A DNA stretch of 63,936 nucleotides, filler included, from Polymyxa betae A26-41 (taxonomy: Eukaryota; Protista; Endomyxa: Phytomyxea): the NCBI GenBank assembly GCA_003693705.1. It is 5 parts of 5 records of this genome, joined end to end, with 100 filler letters (N's around TTAATTAATTAA, not from the genome) between each part and the next. Parts side by side here need not be neighbours in the genome. Positions count along the whole stretch, not along the records: positions 1 to 30,094 come from RBZT01000992.1; positions 30,195 to 48,136 come from RBZT01000279.1; 3 more parts are not named here. One strand, 5' to 3'. The notes beneath the pieces were generated by a model. It ran no database searches. It was not told where the DNA came from and saw nothing but the letters and a program-made list of their open reading frames with translations. Both the position numbers and the translations under genes were made by a program. Of this stretch, positions 26,098 to 39,115 are shown piece by piece. Position 1 is the first letter of the stretch, and every line of letters starts with the position of its first letter.

Positions 26098-27523
26098 CCG
26101 TCGCGGACATCTTAACTGTCATAGATTACTAAGGGAGTAACATGATTCAATAAGGCTTGCCCGGGCAACCCTTCTGTCAATATCAAAGGCCGTTTTCGAA
26201 TAGATCTCGTCGAAAGGAACAAAGCAACGGCCCCGGTTTTTTAAATTTCCAAATACTCGCGCAGTTTTAATGGTTTTTAGTTGTAAGGGGACCGTCGGAA
26301 TGCACCAATAGGCGCATATCTAGGTTTCTCACTAGCAAAATAAAGTGCGTCAGTGTAGGGAAAAACGTGCGCTGTCAGAAAAGTCCGGAGAGTGCGCACT
26401 TCTTTTTTAACTTGATTTTGATCATCCTGGCTGGCGCGGTGCGGCAGACTTCTATCGTTCGCCATGCCTCGAAAGCGAAAGCTTTTCGCTCACCTGACTC
26501 GAATGAATGCGGAAAGAGATAATAGGGCTTCTTTGCGCTCTGAGGGCGGCCCCGCCGCTGCTATTGAAATTGCAGAGAGCCAGCGTCCAGATTCTGAAGA
26601 TTCGGATAACGACGAACTTCCATATTGGCCAGCCGAAGATGATACTGAGCCTATTTGCCTTTCTGATGGGGAGATCGAGTCGCTGAAGCTAAAATGGGTT
26701 CCAGAAGCGCGGTCAATTGACAGAAGGCCCCATATTGGAACTAGCCGAGGGACGCGCTGGTGGCTTCAAGGTTAAATCTAAAGGATGGAGGGGCAAACAT
26801 AAAGGTAGTAATGAGAGATGGTTGGTTTATCAGCGAAACTGGTCAGCGGATCGTCCACTCGAACAGCAATGCGAAGGGTGAGCAGAAGGGTTTACGGACA
26901 ATTTTAAAGAGAGAAATCTCTGGAGAGAAGGAATGAAGCGGCAAGAAGCTTTGAATCTTCTCAAGAGCCAGCCTGATTTCCTCGCGCAAAAGGAATGGCT
27001 GACCGAAACTGTGACGGCTTATAGTGGTTTCGCTATTGATTTCTTTCCAAAATTTCATTGCGAATTTAATTTTATTGAAATGTTTTGCGGAGCTGTTAAA
27101 CATTACACGCGTTTGCATTGCAATTATTCTTTTAACGGTTTGGTCAATATATTACCCTTGGCTTTATCTTCTGTTTCCATTATCCAGATTCGCCGATTCG
27201 CTCGAAAATGCTTTAGGTTGGTACTATTTGGCGTTATGGTTTTGTTTGCTTAACTTTGCATAACTGTAGATATATGGATGCATATCGGGAGAAAAACGGA
27301 GAATTTTTATCAGTTAAAGATGTGGAGCGTGCTGTTCGCAAGTTTACAAGTCACCGAACGATCCCGTCGTGGTGGAACAGAGAGGAGCTCAAAATAAAAA
27401 ACTGAGATTTTGCGTCCGCAATTTTTATTGCGAAGTCACGCAATAACGTTTTCTGCGTGCGCACTTTTGGATTCAGATTGCAACAACCCGGTCAGTTTAT
27501 GACAGTTAAGATGTCCGCGACGG
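26098..27523 (+). mobile_element. IS630/Tc1/mariner-superfamily element (PKFHCELN type), internally deleted
   Basis: Perfect 26-bp TIR CCGTCGCGGACATCTTAACTGTCATA with TA TSDs. Transposase pieces: N-terminus 26464-26775, then KGLRTILKER...QPDFLAQK...FFPKFHCEFNFIEMF...RRFARKCFR|YMDAY...KFTSHR. Confidence 0.9.
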
Positions 27524-27843
27524 TACCTTAAGGCTTAAACCGTCAACTCCGTGACTGGTGACATGAAATTGCTTATAGATTTTTGTCAACCAGGAATCTC
27601 AAAACTATATCAACAACAATCAATAGATCTCATCAATAAATCAAACCCTGTTCTCAGAATTTTAAATTTCCAAATTCCTACGCACTTATAGTCAGTTGAA
27701 GTATGTATGGGGAGGCTGGGATCTGGACTATGCTAGGAAGTAATGAAACTGGTATACACCGATGCGACTTACATTTTCTTCTATCTTCTATATGATTCCG
27801 ATAAGTTTAGGTTTTGAGCAGTTGCGCACTTTAGGTTTGCGTA

Positions 27844-29237
27844 CGGTAAACTCTTTTTTCCAGTCGATGGAAAACAGGCTGCGCTTCTGTCGACGGAAGC
27901 GCAACCTCCTTTCCGTCACTGAATCCTCTATCCTTCTCTTTTCTCTTTCTCTCCTCTACGAATAGATTTGGTCGGTTAGGTTCTCTCCTCTACTCTACGA
28001 AATGTTTCTGTCTGTTAGGTTCTCTTTTTCTCCTCTACGAATAGATTCTGTCTGTTAGGTTCTCTTTCTCTCCTCAAAAAGATTCTGTCTGTTAGGTTTT
28101 TTTTTTCTCGTCTACGAATAGATTCTGTCTGTAAGCCTCGTGATTCTTTGCCGATGTGGAATCGAGTGCGGAATTGGATCAACCGGTCGCAAGGCGATTC
28201 CCAGGTTGAAGCTTTCCCTTTCTTTTCCAAAGAGACCGCAGCTCTCAGCGGGGACAATCTCCTTCACCTGTTGACCAGCATTCTCCCTCGCCAGAAGACA
28301 GATTTGACAACCTTAATGTCCCAAATCGTGAAATCATCAGCACCATTCTAATACATGAGGAATCACAATTCCGATGAGGCCTCTATAGACAATCACAGCA
28401 GTTGTGGGAACCAAAATACCTCAAGTGTATTAACACCACAGTCTGCCTTTTCTGGATAGTATTCTTCGTTTCTGGAGTTGCATGAAGCCGCCCAAGCGTA
28501 CGCAAATTCTCATATTTTTGGGTTATCTCGTAATCTTCGAAAATTTACAAATGTTGAAAAACCGTCCCCTTTATCGCTTAGTGGTCAAAGATATTTCCTT
28601 TTCATTCATTCCACTTATCACTCAAGATACAAAAATGGACGTTGAGCAAACCCGACACGATTCAAATCTGAAAGCCTATCGCCAAATTCCGGTCCCTCAC
28701 AGCCAGGCTAACCGTTATACTCTGTTGTTATGAGATTGCAAGGAACTCATCAATTTGGCAGTCAATGATAACTCATTTTTCAATCAACGTATGTCGAATG
28801 GCCATTGCCGATCTAATGGCCAAGCATGGGATAGTAATCATCCGACAAGGATGTTTCTGTGATGGAATCAGCGGAAGAAGGGGGGAAGAATCAAGGCCTT
28901 GGAAAGGAGTAAACGTCAACCGGGGCGGCTGCCGGTGAGTGAGCTTCAGAATCGCCAAGCGAAAGAAGAAACGATTACCAGCATCATGCAAGGTTTGCGT
29001 TGCTAAGAACGCTGTCCCAACAGATAATCACAGAGCAAGACGCTCTCGGTGCCCCTTCACTGTAACCGGATAATACAACAGAGGTGTCGCAAGAAGGGTG
29101 CGAAAGGGAACGAGTTAGGTAGAGACATCATCAGTGTAGATGAGCGAAAGGGATAGAGCGATTTGTGACGGAAAGAAGGTTGCGCCTCCGTCGACTGAAG
29201 CGCAGCCTGTTTTCCGTTGACTGAAAAAAGTTTACCG
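27844..29237. mobile_element. Old Mutator-like non-autonomous element
   Basis: ~85-bp TIRs (CGGTAAAC...AAAACAGGCTGCGCTTC.GTCGACGG). The 9-bp flanks GTTTGCGTA / TTTTGTGTA match at 7/9. An internal relic includes CKVC...H....RCP. Confidence 0.65.
27945..28135 (+). repeat. Subterminal tandem repeat (~40-bp unit, ~5 diverged copies)
   Basis: Recurrent CTACGAATAGATTCTGTCTGTTAGGTTCTCT units. Confidence 0.8.
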
Positions 29238-29579
29238 TTTTGTGTACGCACTTTTGAATTTGGAATTGGACTGGAACAAACATTACGTACTCACGGTACC
29301 AAAAACAAAGTGCGTGGAAAACAAATTGCGTTAAACAAGTGCGTGGCAGACAATCTGCGGTGTGACGTTTTCGGTCATTGAAATCGGCGCATATTTTCAT
29401 TCACCAATTCGTGCCGGTTACATTGTTGACAGTCTCATAGACCTCCATCTAAATGGAGATCCCCAATCTCAGTCTGCATCACCAATATACAGATCGTATA
29501 CGGCTATTATGTGTGCCCAATATACAGAGGTGTCTAGAGAGAGCTCTCTCCCGCCAACATCTAATCACGTCTCTATAGC

Positions 29580-30094
29580 GATCAGGAACGTCTCGAGACT
29601 CGACTTGCATTACGGCGTTGGATGTCATACTGGATTATCACGCTGATGCTGATATGGATTACAGAACTGATCGAGGTGACAAAGATATCGAAAGGAGCCG
29701 TCACGGCCGGCAACCAGAAACTGTTCGAACAGCTGGACGACGCTCACGGCGACCTGCCTAAGAAAGGTCCATCTGATGTTACACGCGTCGGTACGGTAAC
29801 AGTTTGCCGACCTTACGATACACAGTGCTGTTCCCATCGGAGGCGAATCTGAACCTACAGGAGCTTTCCCTCCTATCTGATATCACAGCCCTTGTGCTCA
29901 AGAATGCCGCCGCCAATCTCAACGCCGTTTCCGCAGACGTACTGTCCCTATTCTTTGTTGATAATCTTTATTGAATTTTTTCCTCAAATTTTCAGGAATT
30001 TGCGGCCAGAATCCTGCGCAAGTTTTCGTCGGGAAATCGCAGCAATTCGGACCGTATTATGAAGTCCGAATCCGGAACCTGTGATAATCTGATT
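29580..30094 (+). CDS. Possible NSE4 (SMC5/6 kleisin) N-terminal exons, truncated by contig end
   Basis: Spliced pieces QERLETRLALR..LIEVTK...QKLFEQLDD...EANLNLQELSLLSDIT...VSADEFAARILRKFS loosely follow the Nse4 N-terminal pattern. Confidence 0.35.
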
Positions 30095-30194
30095 NNNNNN
30101 NNNNNNNNNNNNNNNNNNNNNNNNNNNNNNNNNNNNNNTTAATTAATTAANNNNNNNNNNNNNNNNNNNNNNNNNNNNNNNNNNNNNNNNNNNN
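30095..30194. other. Artificial contig spacer
   Basis: 44 N + TTAATTAATTAA (six-frame stop) + 44 N. Confidence 0.98.
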
Positions 30195-30210
30195 AGACGA
30201 AATAGACACG

Positions 30211-33200
30211 TGTTGAGAGAGTGACAAAGAACTCTAGCTGTATTATTAGAAAGGAGAAGCGGTTGCGGTGTCCGCAGAGAGATTGGGGGGAAACCTCATA
30301 TATCAGTAGCAGAATAAACAAATAAAAAGTAAAAATAAAAACTTCGCGTCACATTGCTCTCTTCATTTGAGTTAGACCGAGTCAGAACAGGAGCGGGAAG
30401 GAATATGAAGATGGCATAGATCCAGGGTTGCCAAGTTGGGACAGCATGAACACAATCATCATGAACAGGAAAGAACACTTCAGGAACAGAACAGGAGAAA
30501 ACGAATAGTAGGATTTAAGTATCGGACAGGACACAATCGATGAGGTTAGACGTCGAGCAGAGAGAGTAACTCAGGGGGACAGAATTCTGCATGCCGGAGA
30601 CGGCGCTTGATGAAGACGGGACAGTCCTTCAGAAGTTGCGAAAGCGGCTCCCAGGTATTCTCTGCAGATTCAAAGCCAGACCACGAGATGAAAATTTCCC
30701 AATCATTAATTTGGGAATTGAAACGAACATTTAAAATATCCTCAATCTCAAAGCCATAACCATCATGACCAAATTGTTTTAAAATCTCCTCAGTAACATT
30801 TAATTGAAAATCAGAATAAAGACGAAGACGAGAACAATGACAATCAAAAAGTCTCTCAGACAATAAATCTCGAACAGTGAAAACATAATCAGATTTGACG
30901 GAAACGATTTGAAAAGGTCCAGACCAACGAACTTGTAACTTATTTCGATTAACTTTCAATGCATTCGAAACCAAAACATAGTCACCGATAGAAAAGTTAG
31001 GCAGGACTGCCTTACGACGTCGATTAGCAGCAGTTTGTCGCGACGACCGAGATTCATCAACATCTTTATGCCATTGAAGAAGCGACGCTTGCAAGTCAGA
31101 TACAAGCTCTTGTAATTGAAGAGGCGTCAACGGTACAGGAACAACACCTTTCGTTCGAGGATTGTAGACGCCATTAAGCGGAGAGGAAGGAGGTAGACCC
31201 ATAAACAGGGTAACAGCAGCAGGTCGATCAGGGGGAGTAGAATGGTTCAAAGCAATACGGATCAGAGGAACAAGAATATGCCAATCAACCAAGTCAAGGC
31301 GAAATTCAGAAATTAAAGAGCGAAATACATGCAAAATATGACGATTAATGACTTCAATAGTGCCATTAGACTAAGGACAGTAAGCAAGAGTGAAATGATG
31401 ATTAATGTGCAATTATAAACATAATTCTTCAATAAGAGAGTTTAGAAAGTGAGAACCACGATCAGAAACAAAGATAGAAGGGATGCCATATCCGGTGATC
31501 CAATCAATCAAACATTCAGCGGCAAAAGACGCAATAGGATTTAAGCAAGGAAATAATCAACAAAAGATGATAAATCGTCACGAACAACGAAAAGGTATTT
31601 AAATTGCTTCTTACGAGATAGATCTATTTGTAGATAATCGAAGTGAAGCACTGAGTTGCGAACAACAGCATGGGTAGCCGGGCCAAAGGGACGTGGAACA
31701 ACTTCTCCTCCTCGATTTACAGTGCAGTGCAGACACTGTTTACAAAAAGAGGATACATGTTCGGCAAGTCCACTCCAGTAAAAGCGATCCTGATTAGAAG
31801 ATAAAGTAGCTTTGATGCCTCGATGTCCAGAAATACCACAATGTGAAACCACCAAAATGCGAAACTTTAATTCGAAAGCATCAGGAGAATGAAAACAGTA
31901 CGAGATTGAGTTAAATAAACCTCATTTTCAACAGTAAAATCGGAACGAAGATGATCATTAATAGAAAAATAATTAGACTGAATGGAAGAAATTTCAGATA
32001 AGCTAGGCCAAACGAAATCAGTTTGTTGTAAAGGTTGAACTATAGCATTTGTAACAAGACGAGAACCAAAAACAGTTAAGAAAACACGAGAAGCAGAATG
32101 AGAATCCGAAAATCCCCAACTTGAGCAATTATCGGCCCAAACATTGTCCTCGCCCGAAATAGATTCAATGCAGTAATTTACCGTCCAGATTGAGACGCCA
32201 GCGATGGACTTTGTCCAGAGAATGTCGGTTAAGGAATGCAGATACACTTTCAGGATTATAAATAAATACTAAAGTTCGATGATCAGTAAAAATACGAAAC
32301 GGATGTTTACCGGTACAAAGAAGATAATCAAAGCGACGAACAGCATACTGAATGGGATAGGCTTCTTTCTCTGGGACAGACCAGTTTGAAAAAGGACCTT
32401 TAAAAGCGCCAGAACAGAAAGCAAGCGGCTGATGCGACTGCTCTTTAAATGGTAGATGTAAATCCTGAACAGGAACTCGAGTTATCACGATCATCCAAAA
32501 TCCTTACTAGCATCCGTAGAGGAATGGGACCAGATCTTCAGACAGCAACGCATATAGGTCCTAGCAACAGAAGACGTAATACGAGAATTGGCTAAAATAG
32601 GAACTATACCAGGTAATTGTTTTAAAATCAAAGGAGTAACTTTGACAGGAGGATCAGAACATAGAGAAAAACGAAATATATCAATAAATTCCAACAATAA
32701 AGAGCGAAGATCAGAAATTAAAGATTCAGGGGCGTTGCAGCGAATGCATTCTTGAATGCGTTCTTCCAACGCTGTACAGATATCATCTAAAGCATTAGAG
32801 CTTAGAGAAGGAGCATTTTCAGAAACATGATCAACAAAGTTTTCAGAATTAGAAATAACATTAAAATCGGAAGCTTTGCCAACTAAAAGACAAATTTGGG
32901 ATTCAACATCAGCGCCTAGACGATGCACGAACTGACGTCCAAGCAAAGCTTCAGACATGGTAATGTCAGCAATATATATTTGGTGACGACGAACAGTAAC
33001 ATTCCCAGCTTCAGTAGGAAGCGTAACATCAAATAAAGCAAATCGTGAACAGGTAGCTAAATCATCATTAGCAACACGAAACTCTAAAGGAATTTGAGAA
33101 ATTGCAAAAGGTTCAAATTTTCCAAGATTGTTAAAACCCATTATTGAGAAATCAGCCCCATCGTCAACTGAGACAGGAACCGTAGAGGAAAGGTTACCAA

Positions 33201-34045
33201 CCGACAGTAGGGCTCTTCTTAAAGAGCGAGATGTTGTCATCTCAGGTCCAGATTCAGGAAAAGGATCAGGCACTAAGGACGGCGGGTCAGGCGGCGAGAC
33301 AGCAATTGCACAAGACATCTGAGATTCAAGCTCAGTAGAAAAAGACATCCGAGAAATAGAGCGATTTTCAACAGGTAAATCTTCAGCATAGGCATGGGAA
33401 CTTACAACCTCAATTTTAGAAGCCGATTCACCGGGATCTGTCGATGATGAGATACGATTAACTTTAGGCTTCGATTCTGAAGAGGAGTTAGAAGTACGAT
33501 TAAAAGAATTAAATCGTGAATTTGAATTTGGAAACGGACGAGAATTAGAACCAGGTTTTGTGGAGCTGTTTGAATTAGACACATAGTCGCGGCGAGAACT
33601 GGACTGATTAGAAGGGGAAAGGCTGTGTTACGAGAAGCGTTCTCAGCAGCCTCGATGGCTTTAAGGTTGCTATCACATTCACGAGCCAAATCGAAGATAG
33701 TATCAAGAACAGTAAGCTTCCTTGCATTGGCATTAACCATGGCAACGAAGAGACTAGAACGATTGCGAAGTGAGTGTAAGAATAAACGAGTGCAAGTAGC
33801 TTCAGAGATAAGGAAGTCAGGAATAACTTCTTGTGCTTATCGGAAGTATTGCGAGAATCGAAGGATATAATCAGATTGAGGCTCGTTCTGAAATGGAAAG
33901 GCAGTTTCCAACTTGCCACGAAGAATGTCCTCTAAAGCACCAGGGTCAGCAGAAGATGCATACCATTTACCTAAACGTTCGAGAAGTTCATCAGAAGACG
34001 AAGCAGTCTCAACTATGGCGCGGTCTTGAGCCGCTCCAGTAAGAC
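30211..34045 (-). mobile_element. Gypsy chromovirus-type retrotransposon, RT deleted, 5'-truncated
   Basis: gag, protease (VDDGADFS), RNase H (TDAS...WSVPEKEAYPI...FTDHRTL), integrase (HCGISGHRG, CLHC, HFDY, SDRGSHF) and chromodomain (FEIEDIL...WSGFESAENTWEP). 3' LTR 30353-30211 (TGTGAC...AACA) follows a purine tract. Confidence 0.9.
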
Positions 34046-35635
34046 AGCAGCAAATTGTTTGATATCCAGCAAGACGCAACCGTGATCGAGATTGCCGATA
34101 ATAATAATATGTACTCTGAAGCAAAAGGAAAAATCGAACTAGCTGGACAAGTTTTGGAAACCTTATACGTACCTGTACTAGGAAAAACAAATCTGCTATC
34201 AACGATATCTGCTGTGAATGGTGGGAAATCCATGATTTTCATAGAAACGGACTGCAAACTAAAGGATAAGAATGGAAAAACCCTGATTCTAGGATATGTC
34301 GAAGGAAAAATCTACGTTATCGATGGTGAACAAAGTCTAAAGAAAGAGAATTCGCTCAAGTCGAATTCCACAGTCAGCGATCTCGAAGCACTTCATCGAC
34401 GTCTTGGTCATAGAAATTTTGGCGACATAAAAAGCTTGTGAATACTAAAGCTGTTCAATTGACAGGCAGCTGTCCCCTTAAGAATGAGAATCCCTTCTGC
34501 GCATCCTGTGTCAAAGGAAAAATGAAAAAGACACCTTCTCGCCCGAAGAGGAAATCAAGAACTAGACCACTGAATGAACTATGGCATTTTGACGAATGCG
34601 GTCCATTACCTGTCGAATCCTTTGGTGGAGCAAAATACTTCATTACGTTCACTGAGGATTATTCTAGGCTCAAAGGCACGTATCTTTTGAGACACAAGAA
34701 CGAAGCATTCCTAAAGTTCAAGACATTGCATACATGTGCTGAAAAATGGGTCGAGAGCAAAATCAAAGTTTTAAGAGATGACAGCGTCAAGGAGCTCCTA
34801 AGTGCAGAATTCCAGCACTATCTACAGGAAAATGGAATTAAGTGGGAGTCGACAGTACCGGGTTGTTCCGAGCAGAATGGTGTAGCTGAAAGAGGTCATC
34901 GGACGCTGATTGACATGGCTAGAACCATGCTTATCCAAGCCAAGCTATCAAAGCATTTCTGGGGTGCTGCAATCCTGACAGCCACACATTTGTTAAACCT
35001 CTGCCCTCATCCACATCAACCAGCAACTCCATACGGATTGTTCTACCGGACAACAGCAGATATCAGCTATCTTCGCGAGTTTGGGTGTGACGCATATGCT
35101 CATATTCCTGAAAACAAGAGATCTAAACTTTGCCCTCGAGCGAAAAGGTACATACTGATCGGGTATTCTGACCATCAGAAGGGATACAGGCTCTTTGATC
35201 CAGAAACCCACCAAGTTACAATTCATCGTGACGTTTTCTTTCGTGAGGGAAGTTATGGAGACAGGACCGAGCTGGGTGCCCAGCTCGATGATGACGAAGA
35301 TGCAAATAAAGGAGAACGAGATTGGAGTCTGGATGATTGTGACAATATCGATGATGATGAATTGGACCGCGACGAAGAAAATGAAGAAAATGATAACGTC
35401 GACGATTGTGACAGCAGCAGAGACGATGAAGAAACTATCAGTCAACGAATCGAAAGTGATAATGAAAATGTAGACGATGGGCATTCAATAGATAGCACTG
35501 ACAAATAAAAAAGACCCCAAAGAGCAAGAAGGCAACGAGACGTTTACGGTAATATGGTACCTAGTGAATGGGTGAAAATCGCTACGCGTTCAGAACCTGC
35601 AGCGTTTGACGAAGCAGTTACTGGCACTGACTCCA
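34046..35635 (+). mobile_element. Copia retrotransposon fragment (end of protease region, integrase)
   Basis: LHRRLGH, CASCVKGK, HFDECGP, EQNGVAER and CDAYAHIPENKRSKL...GYSDHQKGYRLFD, then an acidic linker and EPAAFDEA. It is cut by the LTR at 35636. Confidence 0.92.
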
Positions 35636-35913
35636 TGTCAGGAGCGGCAAGGAACTAGGGAGAATCGAACAGGAGACGTGGAACTAGGAGATCTCGGGGC
35701 CGTGAGATGGTAAGGAACGAGGACGATGGAACGATAGGGTCTCTTAGGAGCAGACGGGAGTTGGAAGATGTGATAGTTTATCAAGCAATAACAAGTCTGG
35801 AGCGCAGTCGGGTTGTGCAACCAACCCTGAAGCCAAGACGAAGTGCGTAGAATGTTCTTCGGCTCCACGCACATTCTCGGCACGGACATTCTGCAATACG
35901 CACATTCCTGACA
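35636..35913 (-). repeat. 3' LTR of the Tf2/Ty3-like chromovirus
   Basis: Terminal 8-bp inverted repeat TGTCAGGA...TCCTGACA, preceded on the minus strand by PPT AAGGGTGGGAGAA. Confidence 0.88.
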
Positions 35914-38800
35914 TTCTCCCACCCTTAAAACCGGTTTTATCGATAGCCTGGACCTGGCTTTCCAGGGTTCTCAATGTGGAATTTCTCGATCATCCCCTTA
36001 ATCAATAAATCCCTTATCAACTCAGATGCAGGCTCCCATGAATTGTCCTCAGGGCCATATCCTTCCCAGTTTACCAGATACTGAAGACGTCCCCTGCGTA
36101 ACCGTGAATCCAAAATGCTCGAAACAATGTAGTAGGGATCTTGTCATCCTCTAGATAGATCGGAGCAGGAGGGTGATGGGCACCTACAGGAATTTTTCTC
36201 TCAAAAACGGTGATAAAAGTGATGAGTGAAAGACTGGATGAATCTTCATGTGCGAGGGGAGCTCTAGTTCGAAAGCGTTATTGTTAATTTGGCGCTTAAT
36301 TTTGAATCGGCCGAGTCTGCAATAGTCCAACTTCTTACAGTGTCGAGTTGTTTTGATGTTACGAGAACTTAACCAAACCTTCTGGCCCAGTTGGAAAGGA
36401 GCTTCTCTAAGCGATTGATCTGCATACTTCTTGTAGCTCTCTTTGGCTTTTGCGATTTCCTGTTTTAACATTTCATGAATTTCCTTCAAATTGGCAATAA
36501 ATGACTCCGCTTTTGAAACGATTGAAACTGAAGGTTCTTCCAGGCTGAATCTAGGATGAAAGCCAAAATTGGCAAAGAAAGAAGATGTTTTAATCGAAGC
36601 TTGCCACGCATTGTTATACGCAAATTCAGCAAGAGGTAAGTAGTCATACCAGTCATTCTGACGATAATTGACAAAACAACGTAAATACTGTTCTAGGGTT
36701 TGGTTAGTCCTTTCGGTTTGACCATCGGATTCGGGGTGAAAAGCCGTTGAAGGTGAACGATGATTATTAAGGAGCGTTGCCAAAACTTTGAAGTAAACTG
36801 TGAACCCCGATCCGAGACAAAATCATCAGGCAGTCCGTGTGATCGAAACACAAATGCAATAAAGGCCTTTGCAGTGCTTAATGCATCGGGAATCGAAGGA
36901 AACGGTATAAAGTGGGCCATTTTTGTAAGGCGACAAACCACAACGATGACGCATGTCATACCAGAAGAGCGCGGGAGGTCTGTAATAAAATCGACCGAAA
37001 TCCCAGACCATGGCCTCTCAGGTGTAGATAAAGGCATAGGGTCCCGTACGGAAGTTGGCGTACCTTTTTTGAGCGACAGCATACCGAGCAAGAGGACACA
37101 TAACCCTGGATGAAATTCCTCATACCAGGCCACCAATAATATCTCTTTAAAAGTTCATAGGTTTTGGTTTGACCGTAATGTCCTCCCGTTAACGAGTCAT
37201 GATGTTGCTTTAGAGCTTCCAAGCGTAAAGGTCCGCTAGGAATATAAATCTTGTCAACATAGAATAAGAGGTCAGCGGAAGCTCTGAAATATGGGCTCCC
37301 CTGTTGCGACGTCAGATTTGCAAACATTTTGGCAGCAAAACTATCCATTTCAGTAGCAGCCCCAATTCGATCGACGAACGGTAGAGTAGTAGTTGCGAAA
37401 GAAAGTAACCGGAAGTTCTCTGGTTTAAAGATAGTCTCGGGTTCCGGTGAATCTAAAGGTTGATAGTCGGACCTTCTGCTCAAAGCATCAGCCTTTCCGC
37501 TCTTAACGCCAGGACGGTAATTTATAACGAAATTGAATCGACTAAAGAATTGGGCCCACATAACTTGGCGCTACGAGAGCGATTTCATAGTTTGGAATTC
37601 CTTTAACGACTGATGATCGGTTAAAACAATACCGGGAGATAACAGCCTTCCAATAGATGCCTCCACTGCTCAAATCCAGTCTTTATAGCTAGAAGCTTCT
37701 TATCTCGCGTGTTGTAATGCTTTTCGGCCGTAGCAAAAGCTTGGGAATCAAATCCAACCGGATGTAATGTATGATCAGAATTTTTTGTGATAATACCACG
37801 CCCAAGGCAAATCCGGAAGCATCTGTTTCAAGGAAATATTGCTTCATTGGATCGGGATGAGATAATACCGGTGCAGAGGAAAACTTTTCCTTTAAACAGT
37901 CAAATGCACTCTGCTGGAAGGGGACCCAAGAAACTTGGCATTCTTGCGTAAGAGATTAGTAAGGGGAGAAACAATACACGAAAAGCGATCGATGAATCGG
38001 CGGTAAAAATTCGCAAAACCCAAAAACCGCTGTAGATCTTTGAGGCTTTTTGGAGGAGGCCAGCTTCAAATACTTTCGACTTTGGAAGAGATCATTGATA
38101 TACCATTCAGAGAAACCCTGTATCCGACAAATTCAATACACTTTTGGTCAAACTCACATTTACTTAGGTTGCAGTAAAGACCATTCTCTCTGAGCCTTTG
38201 CAATACAATTCTTACATGCGTTTGGTGTTCATGTTCGGACCGTGAAAATATTAGACTATCATCAAGATAGACGACAACAAACTGATCCAAAATGTCACGG
38301 AATATATCATTCAAAAAATGCTGGAATGTAGCTGGGGCGTTGGATTGGCCAAAGGGCATTACCAGATATTCGTAGAAACCATATCGTGCACGAAAGGCGG
38401 TCTTCCATTCATCCCCCTTTCTGATTCGGATAAGATTAAATGCCGACTTTAGATCTAATTTCGTAAACTTAACCGAACCGGATAATCATCGATCAGAGGC
38501 AATGGAGAGCGGTTGCGGACCGTCATCATATTTAGTCTTCGATAACCTATACATGGCCGAAGTGATCCGTCTGTTTTCTTCTCAAATAATAGCGGAGATC
38601 CCTTTGGAGACCGAGAATGCCTAATGAAACCTTTCCTGAGAAAGTCATCTAGATAATCACGTAAACATTGGAGCTCTGGCTTTGATAGGGAATGTATTGG
38701 ACCAAAATATGTTGGAGCTCCAGGTAACAGGTCAATCCTATAACCATAGGGCGATGAGGAGGGAGTTTACTTGCTTCTTTAAGATCGGTTATTTCTTCAT
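35636..38800 (-). mobile_element. Tf2/Ty3-like Gypsy chromovirus (RT-RNaseH-IN-chromodomain), decayed
   Basis: [61 protein letters not shown] and chromodomain [18 protein letters not shown]. Many frameshifts. Confidence 0.93.
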
Positions 38801-39115
38801 TGACTGATACCCTGGCGCAGCGGATCGTTTCGGGCCCTGTCCAGAGCAGCCCTGCACAGCACAGCTTGATGCGACGCGTAGCCTTAGCTCTGTTCCCGAT
38901 CGTCGCGCTCGTGCCGCCGTCGGCTTTCAACATCCGACTAAACGTGGCCTATCTACTTCCGATAGCCTGAGTCACCCACCCGATTAATTTCATTTTAGAA
39001 TCGGTTTGTTGTATATTAACCGATTTCTTGAGTTAGTCACCTTAGAGATCGCAGCGACAAATCCGTTTCTAAAATCAATGCACGTTAATTCCCACCATGC
39101 CTGTTTACCATTCCT

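Noticed and set aside
27945-28135. Short repeats that could be read as a CRISPR array
   Set aside because: They are head-to-tail diverged units without unique spacers, inside a TIR element in a eukaryotic context, with no cas genes.
30095-30194. Recurring TTAATTAATTAA palindrome in N-runs (also 48137, 54889, 62118)
   Set aside because: It is an artificial six-frame-stop linker for concatenating contigs. It is not biological and makes cross-gap synteny unusable.
34993-35484. Hydrophobic antisense ORF (163 aa)
   Set aside because: It is the mirror of the acidic GAY/GAR-rich Copia linker on the + strand.
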